From Candidatus Latescibacterota bacterium (lineage in GTDB: Bacteria; Latescibacterota; UBA2968; UBA8231): 64,000 nucleotides of DNA. The stretch covers positions 3,648,001 through 3,712,000 of the forward strand of contig OZ241362.1 in NCBI GenBank assembly GCA_965200315.1. Direction: 5' to 3'. The position numbers and the translations under genes were made by a program. This document shows positions 37,840 through 46,747 of the stretch, piece by piece. A model generated the notes under the pieces. It searched no databases. It was not told the DNA's origin and was given only the letters and a program-made list of their open reading frames with translations. Position 1 is the first letter of the stretch. Every line of letters begins with the position of its first letter.

Positions 37840-37864
37840 AATAGCTTCTCTTTCGTTTTTTGCT

Positions 37865-38842
37865 TCACAACGCGGATTCGTTCAGCCGGTCGGCAAAATT
37901 TTGCACCGCCTTTGCGATGCGCGTCCGGCACTTCATGGCCGCGGCAAAGGCCCTCTTCTCTCGCTCGGAAGGGGTTCCGTCTTTCTCGTGGACAGCCTCG
38001 CGCAAATCGTTGAGCATCCGCACGGCCGCGACGCGGCCACTCGTCGCAAGTTGCCCGACCTGGGCCCGTTTGATTTCATCCGCCCACAACGCCAACGTTT
38101 GCACGAGGCACTGCCCAGCACGGACGCATTCGGCTGCCGAGACTGGCACCTCTGGATAGTCGCTTCTGTGATCGCGCCTCGTGTCGCCGTTCAACGCGCG
38201 CAGACGACCGGCCAAACGCTGGAGGTACTCTCGGCCCTGCTCGCTGGTCTGCTGGTTTTCAATCTGCTGCGCCAGCAGGATCATATCATGGGTTCTGTGC
38301 GGATGGATTCCCTGCCGGGCGAGTACGCCCTTGCCAACCCGCTCGGCAGCGTCTGCGGTCGCCGCGCCGAAACTATCGCAAGCCGTGCTTGTCAGCACCC
38401 AATCGCTTGTACTCGCGGCCACTTGTAGCTGCATGACGGCCTCCACCGCATGTCCCAGCGCCCCGGCCATCCACTTTTTGTAATCTTCCTCGGTCATCAC
38501 TAGACTTCCTTCGATCAGCGGCCTCTCCCAATGGCCTGCGAGCAAGGTTCCGTCACGGACGATTTCGCATTCGACCGCCCCGAGCGCGTTCGCACGCCGC
38601 CGAATGCGCTCGGCTGTCAGCACCGGAATATCGGCGTAGGCTAGGTCGAACAGCGGTAGGCCGTCCGGGCGCGGCCCGCTGCGGGCCGTGATAATCGCGA
38701 TATCCCAGTCGCTGTCCGGGCGGTGTTCGCCGCGGGCGCGAGAACCGAACAGCACGGCGGCCTGCGCGGCCGGCCACTGGCGCAGCGTTTCCTCGGCCGC
38801 ACGGCGGACGCGCGCTCGTTGCTGGGCTTCTGCGCTATCCAT
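37865..38842 (-). CDS. Fused minimal nucleotidyltransferase (MNT)-HEPN protein
   Basis: LFGSRARGEHRPDSDWDIAII, then HEPN-like AAERVGKGVLARQGIHPHRTHDMILL. Confidence 0.82.
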   Translation of the reverse strand: MDSAEAQQRARVRRAAEETLRQWPAAQAAVLFGSRARGEHRPDSDWDIAIITARSGPRPDGLPLFDLAYADIPVLTAERIRRRANALGAVECEIVRDGTLLAGHWERPLIEGSLVMTEEDYKKWMAGALGHAVEAVMQLQVAASTSDWVLTSTACDSFGAATADAAERVGKGVLARQGIHPHRTHDMILLAQQIENQQTSEQGREYLQRLAGRLRALNGDTRRDHRSDYPEVPVSAAECVRAGQCLVQTLALWADEIKRAQVGQLATSGRVAAVRMLNDLREAVHEKDGTPSEREKRAFAAAMKCRTRIAKAVQNFADRLNESAL

Positions 38843-38848
38843 GATTTC

Positions 38849-40939
38849 TCAATATGCCACTCCGACGACGCGGCTCTGCTCGGCGTCACCCGAATCCCCG
38901 GAGACAAAGACGCGGGCCACGTACAGGCCCGGAGGAACCGGCTGGCCTTGGTCGTCGCGGCCGTCCCACGCTTTGTCTGTGTAGCGGCCATTGGCCTCTT
39001 CGCCGGCAAAGAGAACGCGCACGCGCTGGCCGCTCAAGTCGTAGAGCGCGACCTCAACTGGTCGCGGGGTGCTCAGTGCCAGCAGGCTATAGTGGATGAT
39101 CGCCTCGTCGTTGATGCCGTCGCCATTGGGGGTAAAGGGATTGGGCGCGGCCTGCACTTGGCCCAATAGCTGCCCTTCGGCCAACACGGACGGGCTGAGC
39201 ACCGTGGTACCGGAAAAGGCGTCCTCGTCGCCAGTGCCCAAAAAGGCCACATTGCCCGGGTCGATGACTTGGGCGGCGCCCGGCTCGGTCGTCAGTCGCA
39301 CCGCAGCCGTGAAGTTGGTGCTGTACGTCAGCACGTTGGTCTGGAAGCGGATATGCACCTGAGTCTGGTCGTCGGTCACCACGGGGAAGCGCACGGCAAA
39401 GCGGTCGTCGGCAACCTCGGCAATGGCGAACTCCTCGCTGGCCGCGTCGAGGCTGTCGAATTGGTGCTCAGCCACAACCGCGCCAGCACCATCCATAATC
39501 TGCACTGCGTCGATGCTCGACACCCGCGCTGGCGTGTCGATCTCAATGGTGTCGAAGCCGCGCAGGCTGTCTGCACCCATAGCGGCGCGCGTGGCAAAGG
39601 TAAAGGGCACTTCCTCAGACACCTGTACCTCGCGTGGAAAGACCTCGCCGACCAAAGCGTCGGCAAACGGCGGCGTCAGCAAGTCGAAGCTCAGCGACTT
39701 GATCGCCCGCGCGGCCTCTAGGTCGCTGCTGTTAAAAACCACCTCAAACTGCATGTAGCGACGCGGGCTGGGCGAGACAATGGGCAGGCCCGGGCCGTTG
39801 GCCGCGTCAGCCGGATACGGCGTACTGAAGGGACTCCAATTGATCAGGTCGTCGGTCACGGCCCCGGCCATCCACTCGCGGCCGGCCGCGTCGGTAATGG
39901 GCGTCTGACCGGCCTTTTGGGGAAATTTTCGATACTCGGCTAGGCCCATCTCCTCCCCGGGGTTTTCCAGCGAAAACGGGATGTCCTCGGCGTCTTGCTT
40001 GCCGCGCAGCCGGCGGGTGTACACAAAGGGCGAGGTGTCTGTGCCGGTGCGCGTGCGGATCTGCGCGCTGGAGAAGCGCGGATCGCCCAACACCTCTTCC
40101 CCCCAGCGCAAAGTGCCCCACACGGCGGGTTGCCCGGCGTCGAAGATGTCCGACACGTACAGGGCCCGCGACAGAAAACCCTTGCCGAAAACCTCGATCT
40201 CGTCGATCTCAAAATCTACCGGCGAAGTAGCCCGCAAGCGCAGATGCTGGACATAGCGCGGTGGGTCGAGCGGCACGTCGATAACCGCGACTTGGTTGTC
40301 GGTTTCGGCAATGAGCGACCTCCAGATAGGCGTGTTTTCGCTGGTCAGGTTCAGGCCGTCGTTGGTAAATAGCTCATACGCCCGCAGGTAGTCGTTTTGG
40401 AAGGGGGTTGAAGGCGAAGACACGACCGTATTGCGCGGATAGATGCGGATGCGCTCCACCCCAAAGCGCGCTCCTAAATTGAGCAGCACTAGGATGCCGA
40501 GAGAATTCTGATTCTTGCGCTCAAAGGCCAACAGCTCTCCGCCCGGCTCGTCCGAGAGCAGTTCCTTTAACATCATCTCCAAGTCGAGCGGCTTGAACGT
40601 GCCGCTAAAGTCGAAGACATTGGGCGAATCGATGTTGCCGCCGCGCTCAATGGTGCCGACGGCCACGTTGTCCCCTTCGGCAATGCGCAGGGGTAGGATG
40701 CTGTGGGGAAAGTCGTCGCGGGCGAATTCGATTAAGTCGCCGGGTGCGTTGCCCACTAACAGGTTGTTGGGGTCTAAGGGCGAGCGATGCTCGGCGTCAA
40801 TGGTGGTGACGACAGCCTCGCCTTCGCCCTGCCAGTCCAAATCGCCGCCCTCCCCAATCGAGACCGCGTCGAGAGCCAAACTTCCCCGCGGCAGCCACAG
40901 CAATAAGACGAGGCCGACCGCGGCACAATGCGCTTTCAT
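38849..40939 (-). CDS. Secreted protein with C-terminal FlgD-Ig/CHU_C-like domain (paralog 2)
   Basis: Signal peptide, GGAGG RBS, QIRTRTG...WSPFS.PY...SPSPRRYMQF, PNPFTPNGDGINDEA...WDGRDDQGQPVPPGLYV...VGVAY. Confidence 0.82.
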   Translation of the reverse strand: MKAHCAAVGLVLLLWLPRGSLALDAVSIGEGGDLDWQGEGEAVVTTIDAEHRSPLDPNNLLVGNAPGDLIEFARDDFPHSILPLRIAEGDNVAVGTIERGGNIDSPNVFDFSGTFKPLDLEMMLKELLSDEPGGELLAFERKNQNSLGILVLLNLGARFGVERIRIYPRNTVVSSPSTPFQNDYLRAYELFTNDGLNLTSENTPIWRSLIAETDNQVAVIDVPLDPPRYVQHLRLRATSPVDFEIDEIEVFGKGFLSRALYVSDIFDAGQPAVWGTLRWGEEVLGDPRFSSAQIRTRTGTDTSPFVYTRRLRGKQDAEDIPFSLENPGEEMGLAEYRKFPQKAGQTPITDAAGREWMAGAVTDDLINWSPFSTPYPADAANGPGLPIVSPSPRRYMQFEVVFNSSDLEAARAIKSLSFDLLTPPFADALVGEVFPREVQVSEEVPFTFATRAAMGADSLRGFDTIEIDTPARVSSIDAVQIMDGAGAVVAEHQFDSLDAASEEFAIAEVADDRFAVRFPVVTDDQTQVHIRFQTNVLTYSTNFTAAVRLTTEPGAAQVIDPGNVAFLGTGDEDAFSGTTVLSPSVLAEGQLLGQVQAAPNPFTPNGDGINDEAIIHYSLLALSTPRPVEVALYDLSGQRVRVLFAGEEANGRYTDKAWDGRDDQGQPVPPGLYVARVFVSGDSGDAEQSRVVGVAY

Positions 40940-41104
40940 AAAAACCTCCGTGCCATTTGCCGCATAAAACAACCAAAGTACAGGTATAAATCAAGTTCAT
41001 CCGAACTTGCTAAACCGCCCACTTCTTTTTTTATATAGCAACCCGGAATGCTTCTTGTGCGTCCATCTGCGGATTATCTTGTATGTAAATAAGGAAGAGA
41101 CCCC

Positions 41105-43225
41105 ATGCAGCGCATTATTGCTTCGTGTTTCCTGCTCGTCCTGTCTATCGCGCCGGCGCACAGCCGCGGCGAGTTTCGCGTCGGGGGAGACGACGGCAAC
41201 CCTTGGCCCAGCCTGCTGTCTGAAGAAGGATCTGGCGAGTACTGGCTCTTTGATCCCGAAGGGCAGCGCGTGAGCTCCGCACCTGTGGGCGGCACGCCGC
41301 ACGGCGCGGCCGCCGACACCCTCATCGACTTTGCCGACAACGCCATCGGGCCGCGCTTCATTGACCCAGCGGTCAACCTAACCTTGATCGACCCCAATGC
41401 CTCGGACATCAACACTCTGCTGCCGTACACTGGAGGACAGATTCAGACGACCGACGGCTGCTCGGCCCGCGACGACCAAATCCGCGCCGTGAAAAAGCAA
41501 TTCGACGGCGATTTCACCACAGCCCACTTCCGCCGCTTCACTCCAGGCCAAGGCATCTTCAGCGGCGGCACATTCATCGCCGGAGTCACCGGCGAAGGCT
41601 GGAAAAACTCCGTGGTCATAGACTTTCGCGCCGCTGTGCCGGTCAACCGCATCCGCTTTCTTCCCCGCCTCGGCCAAGAGGACGACCTATTGCTCATTGA
41701 GGAGCTCACGGCACCCCAGCCTCCGCTGGAGGCCTTTGGCGAAGACAGCTTCGCCGCCAATTTCCTCGCCTGGTACGAGTTGCGCAAAGGCGACAACACC
41801 GTGCGCTTTGCCAACAGCCCCTGCGACCGAGTCAGCCTCGTCACTAAGGGCCTGCGCTGGGTCCGCAACCAAGACCCCGCGCTTATCGTAATCGAATCCA
41901 ACCGCGAAAATCTCGATCCCGTAGTAGAACTGCGCTTCCCCACCGAGTCGATCCGCTACATCACTGCCCAAGCCTTTCCCCTGCGCGACTGGGAGGTCGC
42001 CGAATTTGAGGTGTACGGCGAGGGCTTTGTCGAAGAGACCGTCCTCGTCACCCAGATCCTCGACTTTGGCCAGTCGATTAACTGGGGCAAAATTCGCTGG
42101 GACGCCGACGTGCCCGCAGGCACCCGCATTGAGGTCCGCACCCGCACTGGCAACTCGCCCGATCCCAGCCTCTACTTCGACGAAAATATCAACGGCGACA
42201 TCCGCCCCATCACCTTGGCTGCCTACGAAAAACTCGATCCGTCCGGCCGCTTGCCCACCGTGTACGACACTGACAACTGGAGTTTCTGGTCGCCGCCCTA
42301 CGACTTTGCCGCGGGCTTGCGCGACAGCGACGCGCCGGCCGAGGCGTGGCGCGACGGCACACCGCTTTTGTCGCCCGGGCCGAGCCGCTACATCCAGCTC
42401 GCCTTTCGCCTGTTTTCTACCTTTACCACTGCGCCCCGCATCCGCTCATTCACGCTCCAATTCGGCAATGCACCGGCTGCCCGCGAAATCCTCGGCGAAG
42501 TGTGGCCCATTGCCGTCGATTCCTTCGCGCCCACGGAATTTACGTACGTCGTCCGGCCGGAATTCAGCGTCGACGACACCGGCTTCGACCGGTTAGAAAT
42601 CCTCACCCACGCCCACGCCCGCGCCGTCGCTGCGGTCAAGCGCGACGGCACCGAACTCGACTTGACCGACTTCGTCCCCGATATCCAAGCCGACCGCCTC
42701 GTGGTCTCCTTCCCCCGTCTGCAAGGCGAGGACGATAGCTTCAAACAGCTCGAAGTAAGTTTTGTGGTGCCGGTCTTGCGCTTTGGCACCGAGTTTTCGG
42801 GTTGGGTCTTCGACAGCAACGATCCCGACCAGATCAAACAGCAAGTTCGCCCGGGCAACGCCACCTTTCGCTTTTCGGGCGATGCCCTCGCCATCAATAC
42901 GCCTGTCGGCGGCCGGCTCCTCGTCGATATTGCGGTGACGTCCAACCCACTTACGCCGAATGGCGACGGGCTGAACGAGACCGTGGAAATTGCCTACAAG
43001 CTGCGCGAAGTTACGGCTAGTCGCCCGGTGCGCCTGGCGATCTACAACCTCGCCGGCCAGCTCGTGGTCGAATTGCCGCCCATCACCGCTCGCAGCGGCG
43101 AATTCGCCCATCGCTGGGACGGCCGCAACGCGGCTCGGCAACTCGTGCCTCCGGGCACCTATATCTGGCGACTGCAACTAGAAGAGAAAGAGGAACGCGC
43201 CGGCATCCTCGCGGTCGCGTATTGA
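41105..43225 (+). CDS. Secreted protein with C-terminal FlgD-Ig/CHU_C-like domain (paralog 3)
   Basis: Signal peptide, EVRTRTG...WSFWSPPY...SPGPSRYIQL, SNPLTPNGDGLNE...WDGRNAARQLVPPGTYI...LAVAY. Confidence 0.82.
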   Translation: MQRIIASCFLLVLSIAPAHSRGEFRVGGDDGNPWPSLLSEEGSGEYWLFDPEGQRVSSAPVGGTPHGAAADTLIDFADNAIGPRFIDPAVNLTLIDPNASDINTLLPYTGGQIQTTDGCSARDDQIRAVKKQFDGDFTTAHFRRFTPGQGIFSGGTFIAGVTGEGWKNSVVIDFRAAVPVNRIRFLPRLGQEDDLLLIEELTAPQPPLEAFGEDSFAANFLAWYELRKGDNTVRFANSPCDRVSLVTKGLRWVRNQDPALIVIESNRENLDPVVELRFPTESIRYITAQAFPLRDWEVAEFEVYGEGFVEETVLVTQILDFGQSINWGKIRWDADVPAGTRIEVRTRTGNSPDPSLYFDENINGDIRPITLAAYEKLDPSGRLPTVYDTDNWSFWSPPYDFAAGLRDSDAPAEAWRDGTPLLSPGPSRYIQLAFRLFSTFTTAPRIRSFTLQFGNAPAAREILGEVWPIAVDSFAPTEFTYVVRPEFSVDDTGFDRLEILTHAHARAVAAVKRDGTELDLTDFVPDIQADRLVVSFPRLQGEDDSFKQLEVSFVVPVLRFGTEFSGWVFDSNDPDQIKQQVRPGNATFRFSGDALAINTPVGGRLLVDIAVTSNPLTPNGDGLNETVEIAYKLREVTASRPVRLAIYNLAGQLVVELPPITARSGEFAHRWDGRNAARQLVPPGTYIWRLQLEEKEERAGILAVAY

Positions 43226-43572
43226 CAAATGCTGTGGGTGCGCCACGATTTAGCAGGGGTAGTGCGCTGACAGAAAAGCAGGAACCCATACGCTTTATTG
43301 GTTGTAGATTAGCAAACGTCGTGTTGGCGGACGAAGAGGGCAATGCTCATCTCTATGTCCGCGATATTAGTGAGTACCTGCGCCCGTATCTTTCCCAGAT
43401 TCAAGTTGAGCTGTGGGGTCCTCCCCTTCCTGATCTACCCCAGCAAGGTAAATCTGAATTCGGCATTCTAACCACAAGCTCTCCCGCTTGGCAACCTGTC
43501 GTCCCTTCTACTACTGCCACGAGCGTCGAGTCCCAGTCGTGGGGACGGATCAAATCGCTGCTTTCCCATTAA
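43222..43572 (+). pseudogene. C-terminal remnant of a secreted protein with xWGxIK tail
   Basis: No signal peptide, lower GC, ends TATSVESQSWGRIKSLLSH. Confidence 0.5.
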
Positions 43573-43609
43573 TCGCGTCTCGTCTGTAAACCTACAGGCA
43601 CCAGCGTAG

Positions 43610-43650
43610 CAGAAGCCCCCAGCCCTACATCAGGGCGGGGGCTTCTGTTT
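43610..43650 (+). terminator. Rho-independent terminator
   Basis: cagaagccccc-agccct-acatc-agggc-gggggcttctg-ttt hairpin. Confidence 0.75.
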
Positions 43651-43710
43651 GCCGATCTGGGCACTCAGGTATATAACTACCATTTTTTTTGTAGAAACGC
43701 GAGGAATCAC

Positions 43711-43740
43711 TTGACACCTAAGTGTTTTTTTTTTTAGACT
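43711..43740 (+). promoter_or_regulatory. Sigma70-type promoter with T11 tract in the spacer
   Basis: TTGACA (43711-16), 18-bp spacer, TAGACT (43735-40). AGGAGG RBS at 43803 before ATG 43818. Confidence 0.75.
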
Positions 43741-43817
43741 TACGCCATCTTTGAGCTTGGGCATAGACCCTTTATTTACACCGCATTTCTCACTTCTTCC
43801 TTAGGAGGATTTTCTCT

Positions 43818-44720
43818 ATGAAAGAGCGGAGCAAATTCGTCTTAGCAGCAGCTTTGGTCATGGGCTTTTGCGGCACGTCCTTTGGCCATGCGCCTCCCGG
43901 CGAGCTCTATTTCGCCGTGCAGTTCCCCGACAATCTCGTCCCCACCATGGACGGCGATCTGTCGGATTGGGACGTCGTGCCGATCGATCCGTACACCATT
44001 CGCAACGACCGCCTCTATTCGCCGGTGGCCGACATCCAGCCCGTGGGCCGTGGCGAAATCGATGTCAGCGATATCAACATCCGCCACCTCATCGGCTGGA
44101 ACGACAACGCGAATAAGCTCTACTACATGACCGAGGTCTTCGACAATGTCCACAACTTGGACCGCGAAAATCCCTCGGCCTTCTGGCAGGACGACGCCTG
44201 GGAAGTAGAGGTCAACCCGGACCACACGCCGACCGAAGAGCACAACCAAGAAGGCGAGCCGGCCAACAACTTTAGCTACAAGTGGGCCGTGCCTCCGGTG
44301 GAAGGTGCCTATCAGTTCTACCGCCCGGTGCGGGCACTGGAGTGGTTCGTGGATGGCAGCGACTTCATCACTTTCGGCTGGGGCTACGACGGCGAGCAGT
44401 TCGGCGAGAGCACCTATTACTACGAATTGGCCATCACGCCGATCACCTCAATGCCCAACGACGAATCGGCCACCCCAGAGCAAGCTGTGATCTTCGACCT
44501 CGCGGAAAACGAGATCATCCACACGTCTGTAACTGTGGGCGACTTCGACGAGGCGTGCACCGAGTGTGTGCTCGAAAGCTATCAGGGTTTCTGGACCATG
44601 TCGCCGGAAAGCTGCTGCACAGCGACCAACGACGTGGTGCTGGCCGAGATGGAGCCCTCGCTGGCGTCCATGACCGCCGTTGAGGACGTGAGCTGGGGCC
44701 AGATCAAGGCCGCTTACTAA
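43818..44720 (+). CDS. Secreted CBM9/DOMON-like hypothetical protein with xWGxIK tail
   Basis: Signal peptide, PTMDGDLSDW, IGWNDNANKLYYMTEVFDN, WQDDAWEVEVNPD, ends TAVEDVSWGQIKAAY. Confidence 0.78.
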   Translation: MKERSKFVLAAALVMGFCGTSFGHAPPGELYFAVQFPDNLVPTMDGDLSDWDVVPIDPYTIRNDRLYSPVADIQPVGRGEIDVSDINIRHLIGWNDNANKLYYMTEVFDNVHNLDRENPSAFWQDDAWEVEVNPDHTPTEEHNQEGEPANNFSYKWAVPPVEGAYQFYRPVRALEWFVDGSDFITFGWGYDGEQFGESTYYYELAITPITSMPNDESATPEQAVIFDLAENEIIHTSVTVGDFDEACTECVLESYQGFWTMSPESCCTATNDVVLAEMEPSLASMTAVEDVSWGQIKAAY

Positions 44721-44749
44721 CAGCTACGACAGCGTCTTCAGGGTATGCG

Positions 44750-44785
44750 AAACGCCCTGCTTCCTTCGGGGAGCAGGGCGTTTGT
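44750..44785 (+). terminator. Rho-independent terminator (possibly bidirectional)
   Basis: aaacgccctgcttcc-ttcg-gggagcagggcgttt hairpin with UUCG loop. Confidence 0.85.
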
Positions 44786-44842
44786 GTTGAGAGCAATCTG
44801 TAGCTACGGAAGGGCGTACTTGAGAATGATCTGAACGGCCAC

Positions 44843-45574
44843 TTAAGCGCCGAGCATCTCCTTCATCTTAGCGGCCACCCAATCAATGGCCACATCGGCC
44901 ATCACCCGCCCCTTTTTGGGCGTGGCCAAGTCGCGGCCCGCCTCAAAGTAAACCGGGTCGCGCGGCGCGTAGCTCTCGCTCTGGATCTGGAGATTGGCCC
45001 CCTCGTAATCGACCCCCTTCCACTGCACGTTTTCGGGAAATGCCGCCATGGCAAACGACGTCTCAAACTCGGCCGCATGCGCCGGGCAGTCCCCGGACTC
45101 CAACACCTCGGCGACCAACTCCTCCGAATACGCCGCCCAATACGAATAAAACTGCACGTCCATGTCCAGCCGCTTGCTGAACTCCTCGACTTGGCCGCCC
45201 AAAGGGCCGTTGCCGGCGTGGCCATTGCATATTAGGACGTGCTCAATCCCGTGCCGCTTGAGCGATTCGCACACGTCGTAGGCCACGGCAAAAAAGGTCT
45301 CTGGCCGCAGGCTCAAGGTGCCGGGGAACTCCATCCAGTGCTCGGATATGCCGATGGATAGAGGCGTGGCCACCACCACTTGCGGATAGAGCTGTAAGGC
45401 CGCTTGGTGCGCCACATGCGCCGCACTCGCAGTATCGTGCTCCATCGCCAAGTGCTCGTTGTGCTGCTCGGTGCTACCAGTCGGCAAAATCGCCCCTTTG
45501 ATCAGGCCCTGTTCCAGCCGCTCGCGCACGTGGCGGCGCGTCAATTTCCACAGCCGTACTTCTTCGACGATCAT
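44843..45574 (-). CDS. Creatininase/creatinine amidohydrolase family protein
   Basis: LPTGSTEQHNEHLAMEHD, GISEHW..FPGTLSL, NGHAGN, HAAEFETS. Confidence 0.92.
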   Translation of the reverse strand: MIVEEVRLWKLTRRHVRERLEQGLIKGAILPTGSTEQHNEHLAMEHDTASAAHVAHQAALQLYPQVVVATPLSIGISEHWMEFPGTLSLRPETFFAVAYDVCESLKRHGIEHVLICNGHAGNGPLGGQVEEFSKRLDMDVQFYSYWAAYSEELVAEVLESGDCPAHAAEFETSFAMAAFPENVQWKGVDYEGANLQIQSESYAPRDPVYFEAGRDLATPKKGRVMADVAIDWVAAKMKEMLGA

Positions 45575-45687
45575 TGGTTTTCTCCTTTGTCGCGTTGACG
45601 GGTATATTCGGAGGCCCTATCATGCACAATTAATTGGCCGCCGACAACTCTTTGTCCGTCTCCTATTCTTAAAAGCAGAGGAATCCC

Positions 45688-46602
45688 ATGCACATCGCTT
45701 GCTGTTTTTTGCTCTTAGCCGCCCTGCCACTAGCCGCCCAAACCGACCAGTACGAAGGCTTTACTGGTTTTTGGCTCAAAAACGACCGCGCCGAAGCCTT
45801 TGCCATCGCCACGCCTTATCCGCGAGTCCTCGCCTTTCGCCTCAAAGGCGGCGAAAACCCCCTCCATGTCTCCCGCGAATACGAATACATCGGTGTGCGA
45901 TCGTGGTTTTTTGAGCCGACCCAGATTCCCGAATCCGGGCTACCGGCCCTGCAACCGGCCACCGCTGAGAAGACCGGCGCACGCTCCGTGCGCCTCACCG
46001 CCGCCCCAGACGACAGCTCGGGTTTGCGCTTGACTATGGAGGTTGCACTTGACGCCGAACGACCAATGCTCCACATCCGCCACGGTTTCAAAAACATGCG
46101 CGACAAACCGCGCCGCATCGCCTGCTGGGCCCTCAACGTCATCCGCCCCGATGCAGGAGTAGGCGTCACCCCGTGGCGCACAGAGGCCCGCCGCAGTCTG
46201 CTATTCTGGCCGAACACCGACCCGGACGAGGACGGCATCTACTTAGGGCCTAGAGCACTGGCGTTGGATTATCGAATAAAGCCGCAAAACGGCTGGCAAA
46301 AGGTCGGCACCAACAGCGACGCTGGCTGGGTCGCTTTCGTCTGGAACGAGACCGCGCTCAAATCCACCGTCGCCCACGTTGCCGAGGCCGAATACCCGGA
46401 AGACGGCGGCACGGTGACCATGTTCAATTCCACGCCTGAAGTGTTCGACGGCAAGCCGCGCTTTGGTGAAATCGAAAACGTCGGCCCGTTAAGCGAGTTG
46501 ATGCCGGGGGACACTTTGTGGATGGAACAAGAGCTGGAGTTGGTTACCGGAATTGAGGGCGACGACCCGGAAAGCTGGGTCGAAGTGTTAGGGGGCCCAT
46601 AG
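45688..46602 (+). CDS. Secreted hypothetical protein (DUF4380/mutarotase-like fold possible)
   Basis: Signal peptide (LAA-Q), YPRVLAF, WALN, YPEDGGTV, EIENVGPL..L.PGD. Confidence 0.65.
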   Translation: MHIACCFLLLAALPLAAQTDQYEGFTGFWLKNDRAEAFAIATPYPRVLAFRLKGGENPLHVSREYEYIGVRSWFFEPTQIPESGLPALQPATAEKTGARSVRLTAAPDDSSGLRLTMEVALDAERPMLHIRHGFKNMRDKPRRIACWALNVIRPDAGVGVTPWRTEARRSLLFWPNTDPDEDGIYLGPRALALDYRIKPQNGWQKVGTNSDAGWVAFVWNETALKSTVAHVAEAEYPEDGGTVTMFNSTPEVFDGKPRFGEIENVGPLSELMPGDTLWMEQELELVTGIEGDDPESWVEVLGGP

Positions 46603-46747
46603 CGGCCTAACCCGAGAAAATCAGGCCGTACGGCTTAGAGACGCGGACCAATGTTGGGTGGAGATGCTAGCGGAAGAACAATAGAGTTAGGCCCTTACTA
46701 CGCGACCCCCTCTGGCCCGCCTGCCTGCTTGAGATGCGCCCATGCCT

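Noticed and set aside
46604-46693. ggcctaac...gttaggcc inverted repeat as a MITE
   Set aside because: Only 8 bp, with no second full copy in the window, so insufficient evidence on its own.
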